Positions 13,530 to 26,566 of a stretch of DNA of 64,000 bases are shown piece by piece. The stretch is taken from NCBI GenBank assembly GCA_035084275.1, contig CM068745.1, forward strand, positions 65,224,001-65,288,000, written 5' to 3'. The notes below the pieces were generated by a model. The model searched no databases. It worked only from the letters and a program-made list of their open reading frames with translations, and was not told the origin of the DNA. Every line of letters begins with the position of its first letter. Within the stretch, counting starts at the first letter, position 1. Origin of the DNA: Hydrolagus colliei (taxonomy: Eukaryota). A program made the translations under genes and the position numbers.

Positions 13530-14150
13530 AGTGGTCTGGCATTTTTAAGTAAGGAGGTAATTCTCTAGTTAAACATAGCTGTTTGTTAGACCTCATTTGG
13601 GAATATTATGTTTAGTTTAGGACACATAATCTTATGAAATATACATTAGTCTTGGAAGGTGTCCAGCTTGTCTACTAGATCATTTGTCACTAGATCACCA
13701 GCTTGTCTACCTGGGATGAATGGATTGAGCTATGATGAAAGGTTTGATAGACTGATCTTAGATTGGTTCGAAGAAGAGTTTCATGGGTGATTAGATTGAG
13801 ATATTTTAAATAGTGAAATAAATTAACAGATTAGATAATGGATGACACTTTCCTCTGGTATGTAAATATATTACAAAGGTCTTAACCTTAAAATGAGAAA
13901 TAAAATACCGGTAGTTAGAACTGAGGTCAGGAAGCATTTCTTCACATGCAGGATTGTCAGGATTGTTTATCGAATGCTCTGCCTCAGAAAGCTGAAGACA
14001 CAGAACCAATAGGGATATTTAAAAGAAAGACATATATTTGGTGCACAGATAGTAGAGTCATTAAGGGATATGTGAATTGGCATGCATTGGGACTAAACAT
14101 TCTGCCAAGATCTAATAAATTATAGGAATGGCCTCTTCCTGTCCTGGTTT
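13530..14150 (+). mobile_element. Degraded CR1 3' end
   Basis: gttagacctcatttgggaatattatg, aggaagcatttcttcac and gaatggcctcttcctgt match CR1 3' motifs. Confidence 0.7.
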
Positions 14151-14392
14151 TCCCCTATGAAGCTACAGTATTAGAGAGTACCTCAGCACATTTCCAGCAC
14201 CACTTTGTCAGGTCAAGCTCTGGAGAATCCTGTCCTTGCTCAACTTGTCTCCAGCTGCACTACATTATTCCACCATCTAAAACTGTACTTTTTCAGTGTA
14301 AAATTGTAAAGCATTCAATGTTCAAGACAGAATCAAGTACAGTATGGCTACAGAGTAGGCATTTTAACAATATCTTATTACAAAAGTAAAAA

Positions 14393-14557
14393 ATAATAAT
14401 GATCCTTACATTTGATATATTGTCTTATCATGTCTTTGAGATGTCTCCAAGCATTTCACAGGATACACTGTAAAGAGTAATGATTGTATATTTTGTGGAC
14501 TAAGCACGGCAGCCAATTGCAAACAACGACATCCCATAAACAGTCGTGAGTGACCAC
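14393..14557 (-). mobile_element. SINE 3' half
   Basis: Reverse of SINE tail and body. Confidence 0.75.
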
Positions 14558-14829
14558 ATCATTATTATGTTGAAATATTCAATAATAATTATACTATTTA
14601 GATTATTTCCAGTGTTGTTTAACGATCGCAATATTTGGTGTTCCTATAATTGCAACCACATCAGCTAACATGTGCCCTAGGACATTTTATCAAGTCCGGT
14701 GAAATTAACAGTATACGAATACTTATTAGGTATCTGCTTAAACATCTGAATAGTGCCAAGAAATGCTACTTGTTAAATTGGAAAGGCAATTGAAGTCAAT
14801 TGCATTAGGCAAAGTCAGCCAGATTTACT

Positions 14830-15545
14830 TGGCAGAAGCTTTGCCTTTGAATGAGAGGATTGAGGGTTCAAGCTCCAAAGGTGAGACTTTGACTTCCTAG
14901 TCTAGGCTGATGATTCAATGCAGTCCTGGGGGAATAGTGTATTGTTGAATGGCGCTGGCCCTTTGAAGAGATATCAAACTAAGGTCCTGCCTGGCCGATG
15001 GTTATTCTTGTGGCATTATTTGGAACAACACAGGAGTTTCTCTCAGTCTCTTGGTCAACATCTCCATCCCTCCCACCTCAACCACCTAAACACCATATAG
15101 CGTACTACTGGAGTGGAGCTCCTGTGGCTCAGTGGTTAGAGCACTTGTCTTGCACGCTGGGGAGACCAAGCTCAGGAGACCTGTGTTCAAATCCACGTAG
15201 GTCAGGGCGAAACCTTGGGCAAGTTTCCTTACTCCACACGCCTAATAATAAAATATTCACATTGATACAATTGGTCATTTCAATCCACGACTGTGTGTGG
15301 GACACTGCTGTATGCAATTGGCTGCTGCGATTCGCCCACAAATATATACAGTCAATTCACTTTACAGTATATTCTGTGAAGCGCTTTGGGACGTTGATAA
15401 AATGTGGAAAGCGCTATATCAAATGCAAGGATTATTATTATTATTATTATTATTACTGTGCACAAATTGACTGCTGTGTATGCCAATACGCAATAACTAC
15501 ACATTACAGAAAAAAACTTGAGATGTTTCAACTTGAGAAGGCATG
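14830..15545 (+). mobile_element. Old DeuSINE interrupted by a younger SINE
   Basis: Deu motifs at 14900-15060; remainder (tgtgcacaaattgactgctg) resumes at about 15457. Confidence 0.6.
15114..15455 (+). mobile_element. Full-length tRNA-derived SINE
   Basis: A box tggctcagtgg, B box gttcaaatcc, body, L2-type stem-loop, (ATT)8 tail. Confidence 0.92.
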
Positions 15546-16165
15546 ATCAAATTTGTATCAAATATATGGATTATTATTTAACAGTCCTTTTCATATTGAA
15601 TAAAGGAATGCAAGATTATCAAACTTGGTGCCAGTTTCAGTTATGATGCAAATTGTTTCAGTTCAGAATATAATTTGGAATTATTCCTAATGGTTTACCA
15701 TTTATTTGATTGTCGCAACATACTGTGATTTGGCATTCTTTTACACATTGTTTTATTTGCCTGTATAATACAATTGGCATTGATAGAAGCACCTTACCTG
15801 TTGAGGTGGACATCCCATGGCACTATTTGAAAAGAGAAGGGAGTTTTTCCTTCCATTTCCTACAAACACTACTTTTACAGTGCAGTGCTTTGAAACTTCT
15901 CAACAACATAATACGGTGTTATATCAAATGTAAGTTCGATTATTAAACTTCTGTTTGCTGTTCCAACATTGCAATTTTGTTGTTGTTATTGTATCTTTGT
16001 GAGTAATATTTAAAACATTTCTTGATGCAGTACATATTGAATGCACATTTCACTCACTAACTTAAGGAGATAAATCCTGAAAAATAATACAACTTTTGAT
16101 TTTTTATCAGTGAATGTTTAAGGCTTATAGAAGAGTTCCAATAGAACAAAGTAAGATAAGATCAC

Positions 16166-16460
16166 TAATAATAGTAACCCTTGCTTTTGATATAGCGCTT
16201 TTCACATCTTTTAGACGTCTCAAAGCGCTTCATGCAATATACTGTAAAGTAACTGTATATTGTGGGCAAAACTGGCAACCAATTGCACACAGCAGTGTCC
16301 TACAAACAGTGGTGGAATAAAGTGACCAATTTTTTTTTTTTCTTGAGGGATTATTATCAGGCACGTGGAGTAAGGAAACTTGCCCAAAGTTTTGTCCTGC
16401 CAGGAATCTAACCCAGGTCTCTCGCTTGCAACATGAGTGCTCTAACTACTGAGCTACAGA
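16166..16460 (-). mobile_element. Near full-length tRNA-derived SINE
   Basis: Reverse complement of the same family. Confidence 0.92.
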
Positions 16461-17164
16461 AAAACAAGAGACAACGCTGACATTGACAACAAGTGGCAAT
16501 GCTGTTGCTCACAGAACAGGTAAGTCTCTTTCATTTGGCAGCTCACCAGAGATGAAAAATAACTCACCTATGCTGTATGAGTAAGTGGAGTGTTTCAACT
16601 TTGACTGCAAATTTGGGAACTGTGTGAGACATCGTTGCAGATTTGCCTACAAGTACAAAGTTACTGTTTTCTGTAAATTATCCTGACACTACATAACATA
16701 TCTAATCCAATGCAGAAAGTGTTGCCTTAACTATTTTGGTACACAATTACCATCAGAAGTGTGGCAACAACAGAATTTTGCAGATTAAATTTTTTAAAAT
16801 TACACTGGAGATACTGAGTAATAAACAAAATGATTTAGAAATTGTCTGTTGTTTTAGATGGGCAACTTTTATCTAATATTTTAAAATATGTACCTAAAAT
16901 ATGTATTTTAAAATACACAAAACGCTAGTCAAAAGCGCTATATCAAATGCAAAGATTATTATTATTATTCCCTCTGGTCCATCATGTTTAAGCAATCACA
17001 AGACCAAGGAGTAGATATGATGTTCATATTACAGGTGATGAACAAGCGTGGAATCTTTTGTGTTTGATGTTCCTCTGTTGCTGAACATAGCACTGCTTAT
17101 TTCAAAGCCACATCTGCTCTTTTCGTAACAGTTTTAATAACAACATTATGCACACACAACTGAA

Positions 17165-17340
17165 ATGGAAGCAAATGGCAATACATTTATTATGATGTGG
17201 TTCATGTCCACAAGAAATGTTATTAGGACTAATGGAACTAATTTCACTTGGGAATTCTAATAGCCATTGCAGAGATAGGAAACCTTGCTTCCTTCAGTCT
17301 GAGCTGTATTGAAATGCGTGTCCCAGAGGTGAAAATGCAT
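17165..17340 (-). mobile_element. LF-SINE-like relic (5' half)
   Basis: Minus strand reads tttcacctctgggac...gtgaaattagtt...gtggacatgaaccacatca, collinear with LF-SINE motifs as recalled. Confidence 0.5.
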
Positions 17341-18340
17341 TTGAATAATGACCTTATGTACTACTCTAGCTCAAGAAACCAATTTTCAGAAGTTGCAATA
17401 TATCATTAGTTGACCTCCAGTGTGCTTTTAAAACTTTGCAGACATAAAAATAGATGGCTATTTAATTATTTAATTTTTGATATGTGGGAGCAGATCATCA
17501 CAGGAAATTCAATGTATCTGTCAAGGCTGATTTTAATTCTAAAATTTCATTTTTATTGTTCACTAGCATCACTGAAACATGAATACATTAATCCATGGAA
17601 ATTTATACTGAAATACAATATTAGTGGGAAGATTAAGTATTATATGTGCCTGTATGTACATTGCCCTCACAGTTTTTGGAGGTGACATTAGCTTTCATGT
17701 TTTGCTTTCAAATATATTACTGAGCTGTTATTGTTGTTTTTATTGAGGTGAAAAGAAAAAGTATGAACACTGGAAATTTGAAGTAACAATTTTTGTTACC
17801 GTATATTATACAAGTGACATCACATCTTGAGGAACAGAAATAATTCTGTGCACTTTGCTAATATTGTACTTCTATTGCTGGCCAGGTGAAAGTCATCCCT
17901 TCTCTTGGTGTGTTAATGGGAGGGGATTTTCTTACAGCACAGAAGGTGGTCGTGTATAAAAGTAAGGTTGGTGTCTCAGGGGATCCACCAGGCCTGGATA
18001 AAGTTGGACCATTTACAGAGTATTTTGGTACTGAGGGCTGCTAGTATCATTTTACTGTACAATGTTTAAGCCCTTATGATTAAAAAAACACAGCAAAAGT
18101 GTTGACAGTTAAAACTGAAATATATAGCGAGTAAAAATGTGATGACTGAGTGAAGAGTAAACAGACAGCATAACTAGGAAATGTGCACTTGCAGACAAAA
18201 AACCCATTGTAATCTTTTAAATTGCAGTTGAGATGTTCTGACTAATTGTTGAACAACCACATGATTACACAGTGAACTAAACATGTGAAGAAAAATCATG
18301 CTATAAACCATGGAAGACAACAAGGAAAGCTAATGTATTG

Positions 18341-19035
18341 AACAACAACAACAAATTACATTTGCCATTCACATTGGGAGGATGTCCCAAGGGGCTGGAT
18401 CGTCAGGGATTTGAACCCAAAAGGGGCTTGAGATCAGGTGTGGACGGCAGGAAGGGTAGTGGTAGGAACATACCCGAGGTCCTGGTCGAAGGGGAGGTTC
18501 TTAAAGGAAGCAAGGGAGGGAACAACGTGAAGGAACTGTGGGGATGGTGTTCCAAAGGAAAGGGTCAGATAGGTGAAGGCCTGACCACTGCAAGTGGGGT
18601 GAGCCAAATGGGAAATGTGAAGCATGTCAAAGCCTGCTGAGTGAAGGGAGCTGACAAGTTGATATGGAATTAATATGTCAACAGAGGTAGGAAGGAGCAA
18701 GGCCATGGATTGCTTTAAAAGTAAGGACCAGGAATTTCAACTCTATCCTCCAGGGGATGAGGAGCCAGTGGAGCCGGGTGGGGTTGGTGGTGATAGGTTC
18801 ATGGAGCCTAGTGTGGGAGAATACACAAGCTGTAGAATTTTGCATGATCTGCAGTCTGTGGAGGGAAAGGTTGGGAAGGTCGATAAGTAGGGAGTTGGCA
18901 TAGTGGAGTCTAGGTGTAATAAATGCGTGGATGAGGGCTTCGGTGGCGAGAGGGGAGAGGTAGTGACTGAGCCAGGAGATGTTGCGGAGGTGGAATAAGG
19001 CAGAGTAGGTCATGGCATGGATGTGGAAGTAAGCC
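18341..19035 (-). mobile_element. L2 LINE 3' fragment
   Basis: ORF 18678-19037 (HLRNI..L..YL....EALIHAFIT.RL.YANSLL) plus tail. Confidence 0.9.
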
Positions 19036-19169
19036 ATGTTGAAGCAAGAAAATACAATGGTGCCTTACAGATAATGAGAAAGTGAACTCAATAGAACAGT
19101 CATGCTTGTAACCATGACTGCCATCATTTTTTTTTACCAGGATCAATTGGATGTTAGGGCACAACAACA

Positions 19170-19560
19170 GGTTATTCTCAAGAGAGGACTACATTTTACG
19201 AGAGAGGATCTGAGGCTGATGGAGAACTAATGCCCAATAGGTCGAATCTCTCCAGGGAGACAATTACTAAAGATTGTCAAATTGAGGCAACAAGGATTGA
19301 GGATGTTCTTTATGATTAAAACCCTGTGGCTGTGAAAGTCATAGTGACCCTGAATTGTTTTAGCATAAAATCATTTCAATCCCCTGCAGTGTATTAACCA
19401 AAGACATCATCCACCTGCATTCAGGAGGTGACTAGTGTACCGTTCCATGGATCACAGCCTCCTCCATTTCCTCGGATCTGTCAACAATTGCAGAAGTAAC
19501 AAGAATTGTGGTCCCATTGCTGGTTTCCCCAAGTTCTCGGGTGTCATTGAGTATTGAGGC
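19170..19560 (+). mobile_element. PIF/Harbinger transposase relic (N-terminal half)
   Basis: Collinear peptides in shifting frames: LKRGLHFTRE (19177), PVAVKVIVTLNCFSIKSFQS (19323), IQEVTS, IAGFPKFSGVIE (19516). Confidence 0.7.
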
Positions 19561-19780
19561 TTTAATCACTTCAGGTTTGGGGAATTGATCATCAGGAATA
19601 TGAGAAGAACAGTGCAAATCAACTTAAGAAGAACTGAGATAATATAGCTTAAAAATAAGACTGAATCGAAGACTGTTTCCTAAAATCCTTCACTTAGACT
19701 TTCAGACAAAACTTGGTCACTTGGTCTTTGTATAAAGATCATTGTCTTCAAGTTCAGCCAACTCAGAAACAACTGATTAA

Positions 19781-19805
19781 ACCTAGGACCTAGGACCTAG
19801 GACCT
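19781..19805. repeat. 7-bp tandem repeat (CCTAGGA)3
   Basis: Direct reading. Confidence 0.85.
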
Positions 19806-20814
19806 TCCCGATTTAAAAACTGCTGCTTTTCTCATTGAGCAATGTACCTGATGTACAGTATCTTTTCTGAATTGACACTCTATGACTAAAATCAATGCTT
19901 TGTTTTATCCAGCTTGCCCATGGATCTGGAATTAAATTTATTTTGTGAATATAAGATATGCCCTTGTCATGAAGCAGCTGGTAGGCTATCAATTTAATAA
20001 AGCTCTACAATACACTAAAATAAATCAATGCGCATCTTGAGAAACCATAAAGCTGAGAAAATTTGATTAATCACTTTAAATTTCATGTTCATTTCTTACA
20101 ATGTTGAAACTGATTTTAAAAAGAAATCAAGCATGAAGTGACAAGGCAACAAAATGAATACATATGGAATAAAATGTTTTAATAAAACATAATATTGACT
20201 TTGGTATATTACTTTACAATCGACCTGTAAATGAATTATCACTGTGTAAAACTCAATGGTTTGGGGGTTGCTATTATCCAGACGCTAAAAATTCCACTTA
20301 GTCTCATTCTGTAAGACCATTTTATTTTTATATTTAATGCTCAGATTTGTGAAAACTTTTCAAATTCATACTTAATTTGGAAGCAATTTACCATAGTTCT
20401 TAAAAAGAACCTGCTTCTGAATTCAGTCTGATTTTTTAAATATTTCACTACCTTGCTCGATCTTAAGTTTTAGGACAAAATGGTCCTACAGGTTTAGAAA
20501 AAGATATTGTTTTTCCTTTGAAAAAAGTCACGATAGATGATTAATTTCTTGTGAAGTAATTTGAGACATTCCAAGATATAAATTGCTATACAAATACATA
20601 TTCTGTCTACAAAATATGCAGTCAATATAATCAATCCTCTGAAGCACTTGATGCATCCTCATAGTTTCACATTCTCTCGATATAAAAGGTGCTTTATCAT
20701 ACGCAATAATAATTATTATTATTGATATCTGTCAGAAACATAATTTGTCATATGTACTGTGCTATCAGGCTGCTGAGATGTTCAAGTGAAAGGTTAGTCT
20801 ATCAAACAGGTACC

Positions 20815-21343
20815 AACAGCAACACTAACAACAGCGCCTTTCTTGTCGGGGGGACATCCCAAGGCACCGGACAGTGAATGTTTCAGACCTGAGCTGGGGG
20901 TCCGGATCGGGGATGTTGGAGGGAAAGGAGGGGATTTGCGGTACCCGACGGGACTGCTGAAGACGAGGGTCTTGAGGTGGATTTGAAAGAGGCTAGAGAG
21001 GGGGCAAGGTGGAGGGATTATGGGGTGGTATTCCAGAGGTTAGGGGCAGAGTGGCTGAAGGCTCACCCACTGATGGTGGGGTGGTGGATCGGGGGACATT
21101 GAGCAGGTCGGAGCCCGCTGAGTGGAGGGAGCGGGCAGGTTGGTAGGGTTTTAGGAGGTCGCAATTTTAGGTTGGGGCAAGGCCATGGAAGGCTTTGAAG
21201 GTGAGGACCAGAATCTTGAATTTAATCCTCTGAGTGATGGGGAGCAAATGGAGTCTGCTGAGAATGGGGGGGATGGGGTCACGGAGCTTGGAGCAGTAGA
21301 GGTCATGCGCCGCAGAGTTCTGGATGATCTGCAGCCTATGGAG
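20815..21343 (-). mobile_element. L2 LINE 3' end
   Basis: Homologous to 6131-6540 and 6655-7263. Confidence 0.88.
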
Positions 21344-21395
21344 TCATTATGGATGAGTAGAAGATTATCAGATCTGTTATTTCTACAACTACTAC

Positions 21396-21669
21396 TAATA
21401 ATAATCCTTGCATTTGATATAACATTTTCACGTCTTCTGGCTGTCTCAAAGCACTTCACAGAATATTCTGTAAAGTGAATTGCGGCAGTCAGTTGCACAC
21501 AGCGGGGTCCCACAAAGAGTCGTGGATTGAAATTACCAATTTTTTTTGAGGGATTATTATCAGGCATGTGGAGTAAGGAAACTTGTCCAAGTTTTCATTC
21601 TGCTGGGAATCGATCCTAGGTCTCTCGCTTATAAAGCGAGTGCTCTAACCACTGAGCTACAGGACTCCA
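21396..21669 (-). mobile_element. Full-length tRNA-derived SINE
   Basis: Head aggactccac through (AAT)n tail. Confidence 0.92.
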
Positions 21670-22199
21670 CAGAACTGATTTGAGCACACTGATCCTCCAC
21701 TTTAAAAAAATGAATTGACTCCTCTGAATTGGTCAATACTACTCGTTGAAAGTCACCTGAAATGCATACAACAACTTGCATTTTTTGCAAACAACAGTAA
21801 TTGAGCATTCACTAAATCTCGGTCTCCAGGCAATTTATATTCCCTGAATAACTTGATACTGCATCTCATTGACTTGAACAATGGCAAGCTGCAAGTAACT
21901 GAGCTGGTCCTTGATATTAGGACATTTGCTGGAGCAGATGTTCTCACCAGAATGAGTAGCGGCCTTGCTTTGACATATCTTGAGATCTATTGAAGTGCGT
22001 ACATTACTTCCTCAATATATTCTAAACATTGGTTTAAAATAAATAAATTTTCTTCATCAAAGAGCATCAGCTATACTACGGAAGTACACTTGACTACATC
22101 GGTCAATTTCAGTCAACTTGACTATTTCATTCTCACAAAAGGATGTAATTACCCTGGTTTTCAAAAGAGTAATGAACTCCTGACTGGAAAAGAAACATG

Positions 22200-22475
22200 C
22201 ATTATACACCACTACCAGTAAGTTCAGCTTGGCTCAGCCAGAGGCGCTTTGAGACATTCTTCTGACATGATAAGGTGATATACCAAATGCGAGGATTCCC
22301 ATTATTATCCACCATAATTAGCATTGTACACCAATACCAGTGTTGATACACTATTACCAGTATTATATACCATTACCACTATTATAGACCATTAACAATA
22401 TTATTTACAATTACCAATGATACACCACTACCATACACAATTATCAGCATTATACACAATAACCTGCATTATACA
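22200..22475. repeat. Degenerate minisatellite, unit about ATTATACACCATTACCAGT
   Basis: About 8 imperfect 19-20 bp units, interrupted by a SINE tail at about 22245-22310. Confidence 0.65.
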
Positions 22476-22551
22476 TGTGAAATAGGCTATTCTTTAGTCT
22501 CCCATCTTATTGAGGCATTAAAGATATTCAAAATAAAAATGATAGTAATGT

Positions 22552-22800
22552 ATAATAATAATAATACTTGCATTTGATAAAGCGCTTTTCACATCTTATT
22601 GACGTCTCAAAGTGCTTCACAGAATATACTGTATAGTGAATTGACTATATATATTTGTGAAACGTGGCAGCCAATTGCGCACAGCAGTGTCCCGCAAACA
22701 GTCGTGGATTCAACTTCACCAATTTTTATTATTATGGTTTTTTTTGGATGGATTTTTATTAGGCATGTGGAGTAAGAAAACTTGCCCAAGGTTTCGCCCT
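22552..22800 (-). mobile_element. Headless SINE
   Basis: Body and tail of the abundant SINE. Confidence 0.88.
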
Positions 22801-22807
22801 GATCTAT

Positions 22808-23266
22808 CTAGATCTGGGAATTGTGGCGTTAGATTGGAAAATTTATTTAAGAAGAGAGGGAGAAACCAGGAAACTACAGACCTATCAGCTTAACATCAGT
22901 TGTAGGGAAACTAGTGCAATTCATCATCAGGGACAGAGTGACTGAACACTTGAAGAAGTATAAGCTTGTCAAAAAGAGTTAACATGGGTTTGTGAAGGGT
23001 AGGTCGTGTCTTGACTAATCGAGTTGAATTTTTTGAGGAGGTCAATAAATTGGTGGATAAGAGTGCATGTTGTTTATATGGACTTTCAGAAGGCACCTGA
23101 TAAGGTTCCATGCAAAAGATTCCTAGCGAAAATGGAAGCGCACAGAGTCGGAGGTAACCTTGTGATGTGGCTTGGCAATTGGTTGGGAGTCAGGAAACTG
23201 AGAGTTGGGATAAAGGGAACGTTTTCTGCTTGGCTGGATGTGTCAAGTGGTGACCCCAGGGGTCTG
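22808..23266 (+). mobile_element. CR1 LINE RT fragment running into gap
   Basis: NYRPISLTSVVGK and VVYMDFQKA.DKVP motifs. Confidence 0.9.
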
Positions 23267-23430
23267 NNNNNNNNNNNNNNNNNNNNNNNNNNNNNNNNNN
23301 NNNNNNNNNNNNNNNNNNNNNNNNNNNNNNNNNNNNNNNNNNNNNNNNNNNNNNNNNNNNNNNNNNNNNNNNNNNNNNNNNNNNNNNNNNNNNNNNNNNN
23401 NNNNNNNNNNNNNNNNNNNNNNNNNNNNNN
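23267..23430. other. Assembly gap (164 N)
   Basis: Direct reading. Confidence 1.
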
Positions 23431-25769
23431 CTGACACGGTTGGGCCCACTCACCTCCTGGATTTCGGAGTTTGCCAGTGTTTAGAACTTACCTTAGAAAT
23501 GGCTGGGGAAGCCCTGCCCCATACCCCACGTGTGCTGTAAACACAGCACTAACAGCAATGAAGTACTGTCATATACATAAACATGTTCAGAGATTATACG
23601 AAGACATGTCATATTGATGAGAAAATTATTTTCTCATTCATATATTCATGGGTAACTCAGTTTTTGAAGTTTTGCTTATCAAAACTTATCGCAAGGAGAA
23701 ATATTTTGCATTTTGACTTTGTTTGAAGACACCCTCAGCCTTCAAATCCTTCATGCCAAAATTATTTGTTTTTTTACTCCTGGTTTTTTCTGTAAAATCC
23801 TTTAATAATGTGACAATGAATGTTACGACTCTTATAACTTGATTTAATTTCCATTTATTAACATTTCCTTTGATGTAAATGTCATTTTGTTTCACAATGC
23901 TTAGACAATCCAAATCTAATTTTGCACAAACAGACCACATAGTCTGATTATAACCTAATGTACGTCAAATATGTGTCTAAGATTAATCTTTCTTCTATCT
24001 ACAGTATTTTTGTTATGAACCATTGTGCAAATCACTGGAGTGCTATCATCAATCATCTTTACAGTCCTGAATTTACAGTACTAAAAGCAGGCCACTGGAC
24101 TCCGTCTATGTTTGAACCTTGATGTATAAACTGTGTGGAAATTAATTATCTAAAACTATTAAGCTTTACATTTCATAACCATGAGTTTCAATCTTGTTTT
24201 GTGTAAACGCCTAAGTACATTTTATAGGTCACTAATCTTTCATAATCCTACTTGGCGTTTTGATGTGAAAAGCATATTGTGCAACTAAAATTGTTTTATA
24301 GCAAATAAAATATAATGGCTATTATGTAATAGATTTTTTTAAATGTTTCTAAAAGGCTCCAATAAGTACTGAAATGCTTGCAAAAATGTCAAGCTAACCG
24401 TGATAAATTATAATAGTAATGTTTTGTTTCCTCATTTTCTTCCATTGTTCTACCAAAAATCAATCGATATTCTACTTGATAACTGCGCAGTAGTTATTTG
24501 GTTTTAGCATCTGACCTCTTAATATTGCATTAATCTGACAGAAATCTGTAAAACCCGGGAGACTCATTTAACTCCATTAATCTCTTATCTGATTTCCATG
24601 ATAAAATCTTGTTTGCCTGCTTTCAGATTTGCAAGCCAGAAAATCCCGCTTAGAAACAATCTTATGTAGTTGCATGATCAGCGAATGAAGACACAATTGA
24701 ACTTATTATCCTCTTTGTGCTCCAATAGGTACATTTGTCATGTATAAGTTTTCTATTGATGTATAATACATTTATATCTTCTGTATTTCCTTTATGGTCC
24801 AATAGGTACATACAGGCTAAAACCTATTCTAGTTAATTCGATGAGTTCTGCAAATTTATCCCTTGTGCTTATATTCTACTTCAAAGACATTTTAGAAGTA
24901 TAATATAATTTTACATCTTTAATGTCATGAAAGTTATATTTAAAATGTTTATAAGTTATGCATAGCCCACACAGGGACACATTTGTGTAACTTAATGGAG
25001 CTGAAGAGTGTTTACCCACATCAACGAATGTGCATGAAGTATCAGGGGCGGAATAATTGCCAATGACATTGGCCTTAATTTACTTGACATTGATGTCAAT
25101 GTGTACTAGCAAAGTCTGCCTCTTTCCTTAAAATGTTTACTTGTTACAGTGATGCATTTATGACGGAAAAGAGCTGGTGATGCAGATATCTCCTAAATAA
25201 ACTATAAGAGGTAGAAGGGTTTAACAAACAGAAAGTGACAACACAGACAGTCCAAGGCTGCTGCTATTTTATATATTACTAAATATACAAAAAAAAAAAT
25301 CATTTATGACTTAATTGGCGATTAATTTATTAAAATCCATAGTAGTTTTTTAAAAATATTCAGTTAAAATCAGCTTCCTTTACCTTAACTACCCAGTTAA
25401 AAAAGACAAATCAATTGATATTAACACCACCCAAACAATGTTACTTGTGTGTCTCTTTCTCTCACCTTTGCACCTATATTTTCAATGAAAATCTATGCTA
25501 ATATTGTACATTGCTTTTGAACAAACAAATTCCAAAGGGTATTCTTTAGCGATATATCTATTTTTATTGTTTTAAAAGATTTGAATACAAAACAGTAGAT
25601 ATACAAAAGATGAAAGAGGAACATGATAAATTATAATGGCATAATTTTATATTCTGCTCTTTTGTCATTGTTCCACCAAGGATACATTAGATCCACTGTT
25701 ATTGTGCATGTCAAATAGGTTCAAGGTTGAAGGTGGCATTAAAAAGATGCTACTGTGCTGTGCTGGGTA

Positions 25770-26135
25770 TCCTCATGTTTAAGCATGTTCACCTCTGGGA
25801 CCTGGTTTTGAATATGACCCAGACTGATGGATGGAAGCTTCTCTTTGTAATTCCCGACCTGAAGGTGCACTAATTGTGATGAGTTTAGCGGATTCAATCC
25901 AATACCCAGGGAGTAGTTGTATTGCAAAGCAAAAGACTTCAATTCAGCACTAATTGGTAGTTTCGTTCAGAGCATCCACAGAGGTGAGTGGTGAGAAAAA
26001 TGTTAACTTCATAGCTGGTTAGCTGGTGCCATCAGATTTGTTCTTCTGAGATTGGGTTACTGTTCAGTACAGGAAGCATTATTGCGCAGCTAGGTACTGA
26101 TACCTCTGATTCAGGAAGAACTTGATAATGGGAGC
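25770..26135 (+). mobile_element. LF-SINE-like relic, near full length
   Basis: ttcacctctgggacctgg...cccagactgatgg head, gatgagtt...caatcc, and cagcactaattgg motifs in LF-SINE order. Confidence 0.5.
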
Positions 26136-26137
26136 TA

Positions 26138-26202
26138 TAACAAGAACAAAATTACATTTATAGAGCGCCTTTCACGTCGGGAGGATGTCCCAAGGCGCTG
26201 TA
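26138..26202 (-). mobile_element. L2 tail-only fragment
   Basis: agcgcctttcacgtcgggaggatgtcccaaggcgct stem-loop. Confidence 0.8.
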
Positions 26203-26259
26203 AGCAAGAAGAGTGGATACCATCAGTTATCAAGAAAGACTAAACAGGTTAGAACTTTT

Positions 26260-26566
26260 ATAATAATATAATAATCCTAGCATTTGATATAGCGCTTTTC
26301 ACGTCTTCTAGCCGCCTCAAAGTGCTTCACACAATATATTGTAAAGTGAATTGACTGCATATACGTGGGTAAACCTGGCAGCCAATTGCACTGGCAGCCA
26401 GTGTCCCACAAACAGTCATGGCTTGAATTGACCAATTTTTTCTTGAGGGATTGTTATTAGGCATGTGGAGTATGGAAACGTGCCCAAGGTTTCGCCCTGC
26501 CTGGAATCAAACCCAGGTTTCTCGCTTGTAAGGTGAGTGCTCTAACCACTGAGCTCCAGGACTCCA
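26260..26566 (-). mobile_element. Full-length tRNA-derived SINE
   Basis: Complete head, body and tail. Confidence 0.92.

Noticed and set aside
14998-15546. 182-aa ORF as a gene
   Set aside because: Lies entirely in nested SINEs; poly-Tyr comes from the (ATT)n tail.
22200-22475. CRISPR-like array (also 60012-60185)
   Set aside because: Contiguous degenerate units without unique spacers; eukaryotic context, no cas genes.
23024-23540. ORFs spanning the gap
   Set aside because: Artefacts of the N run plus CR1 sequence.
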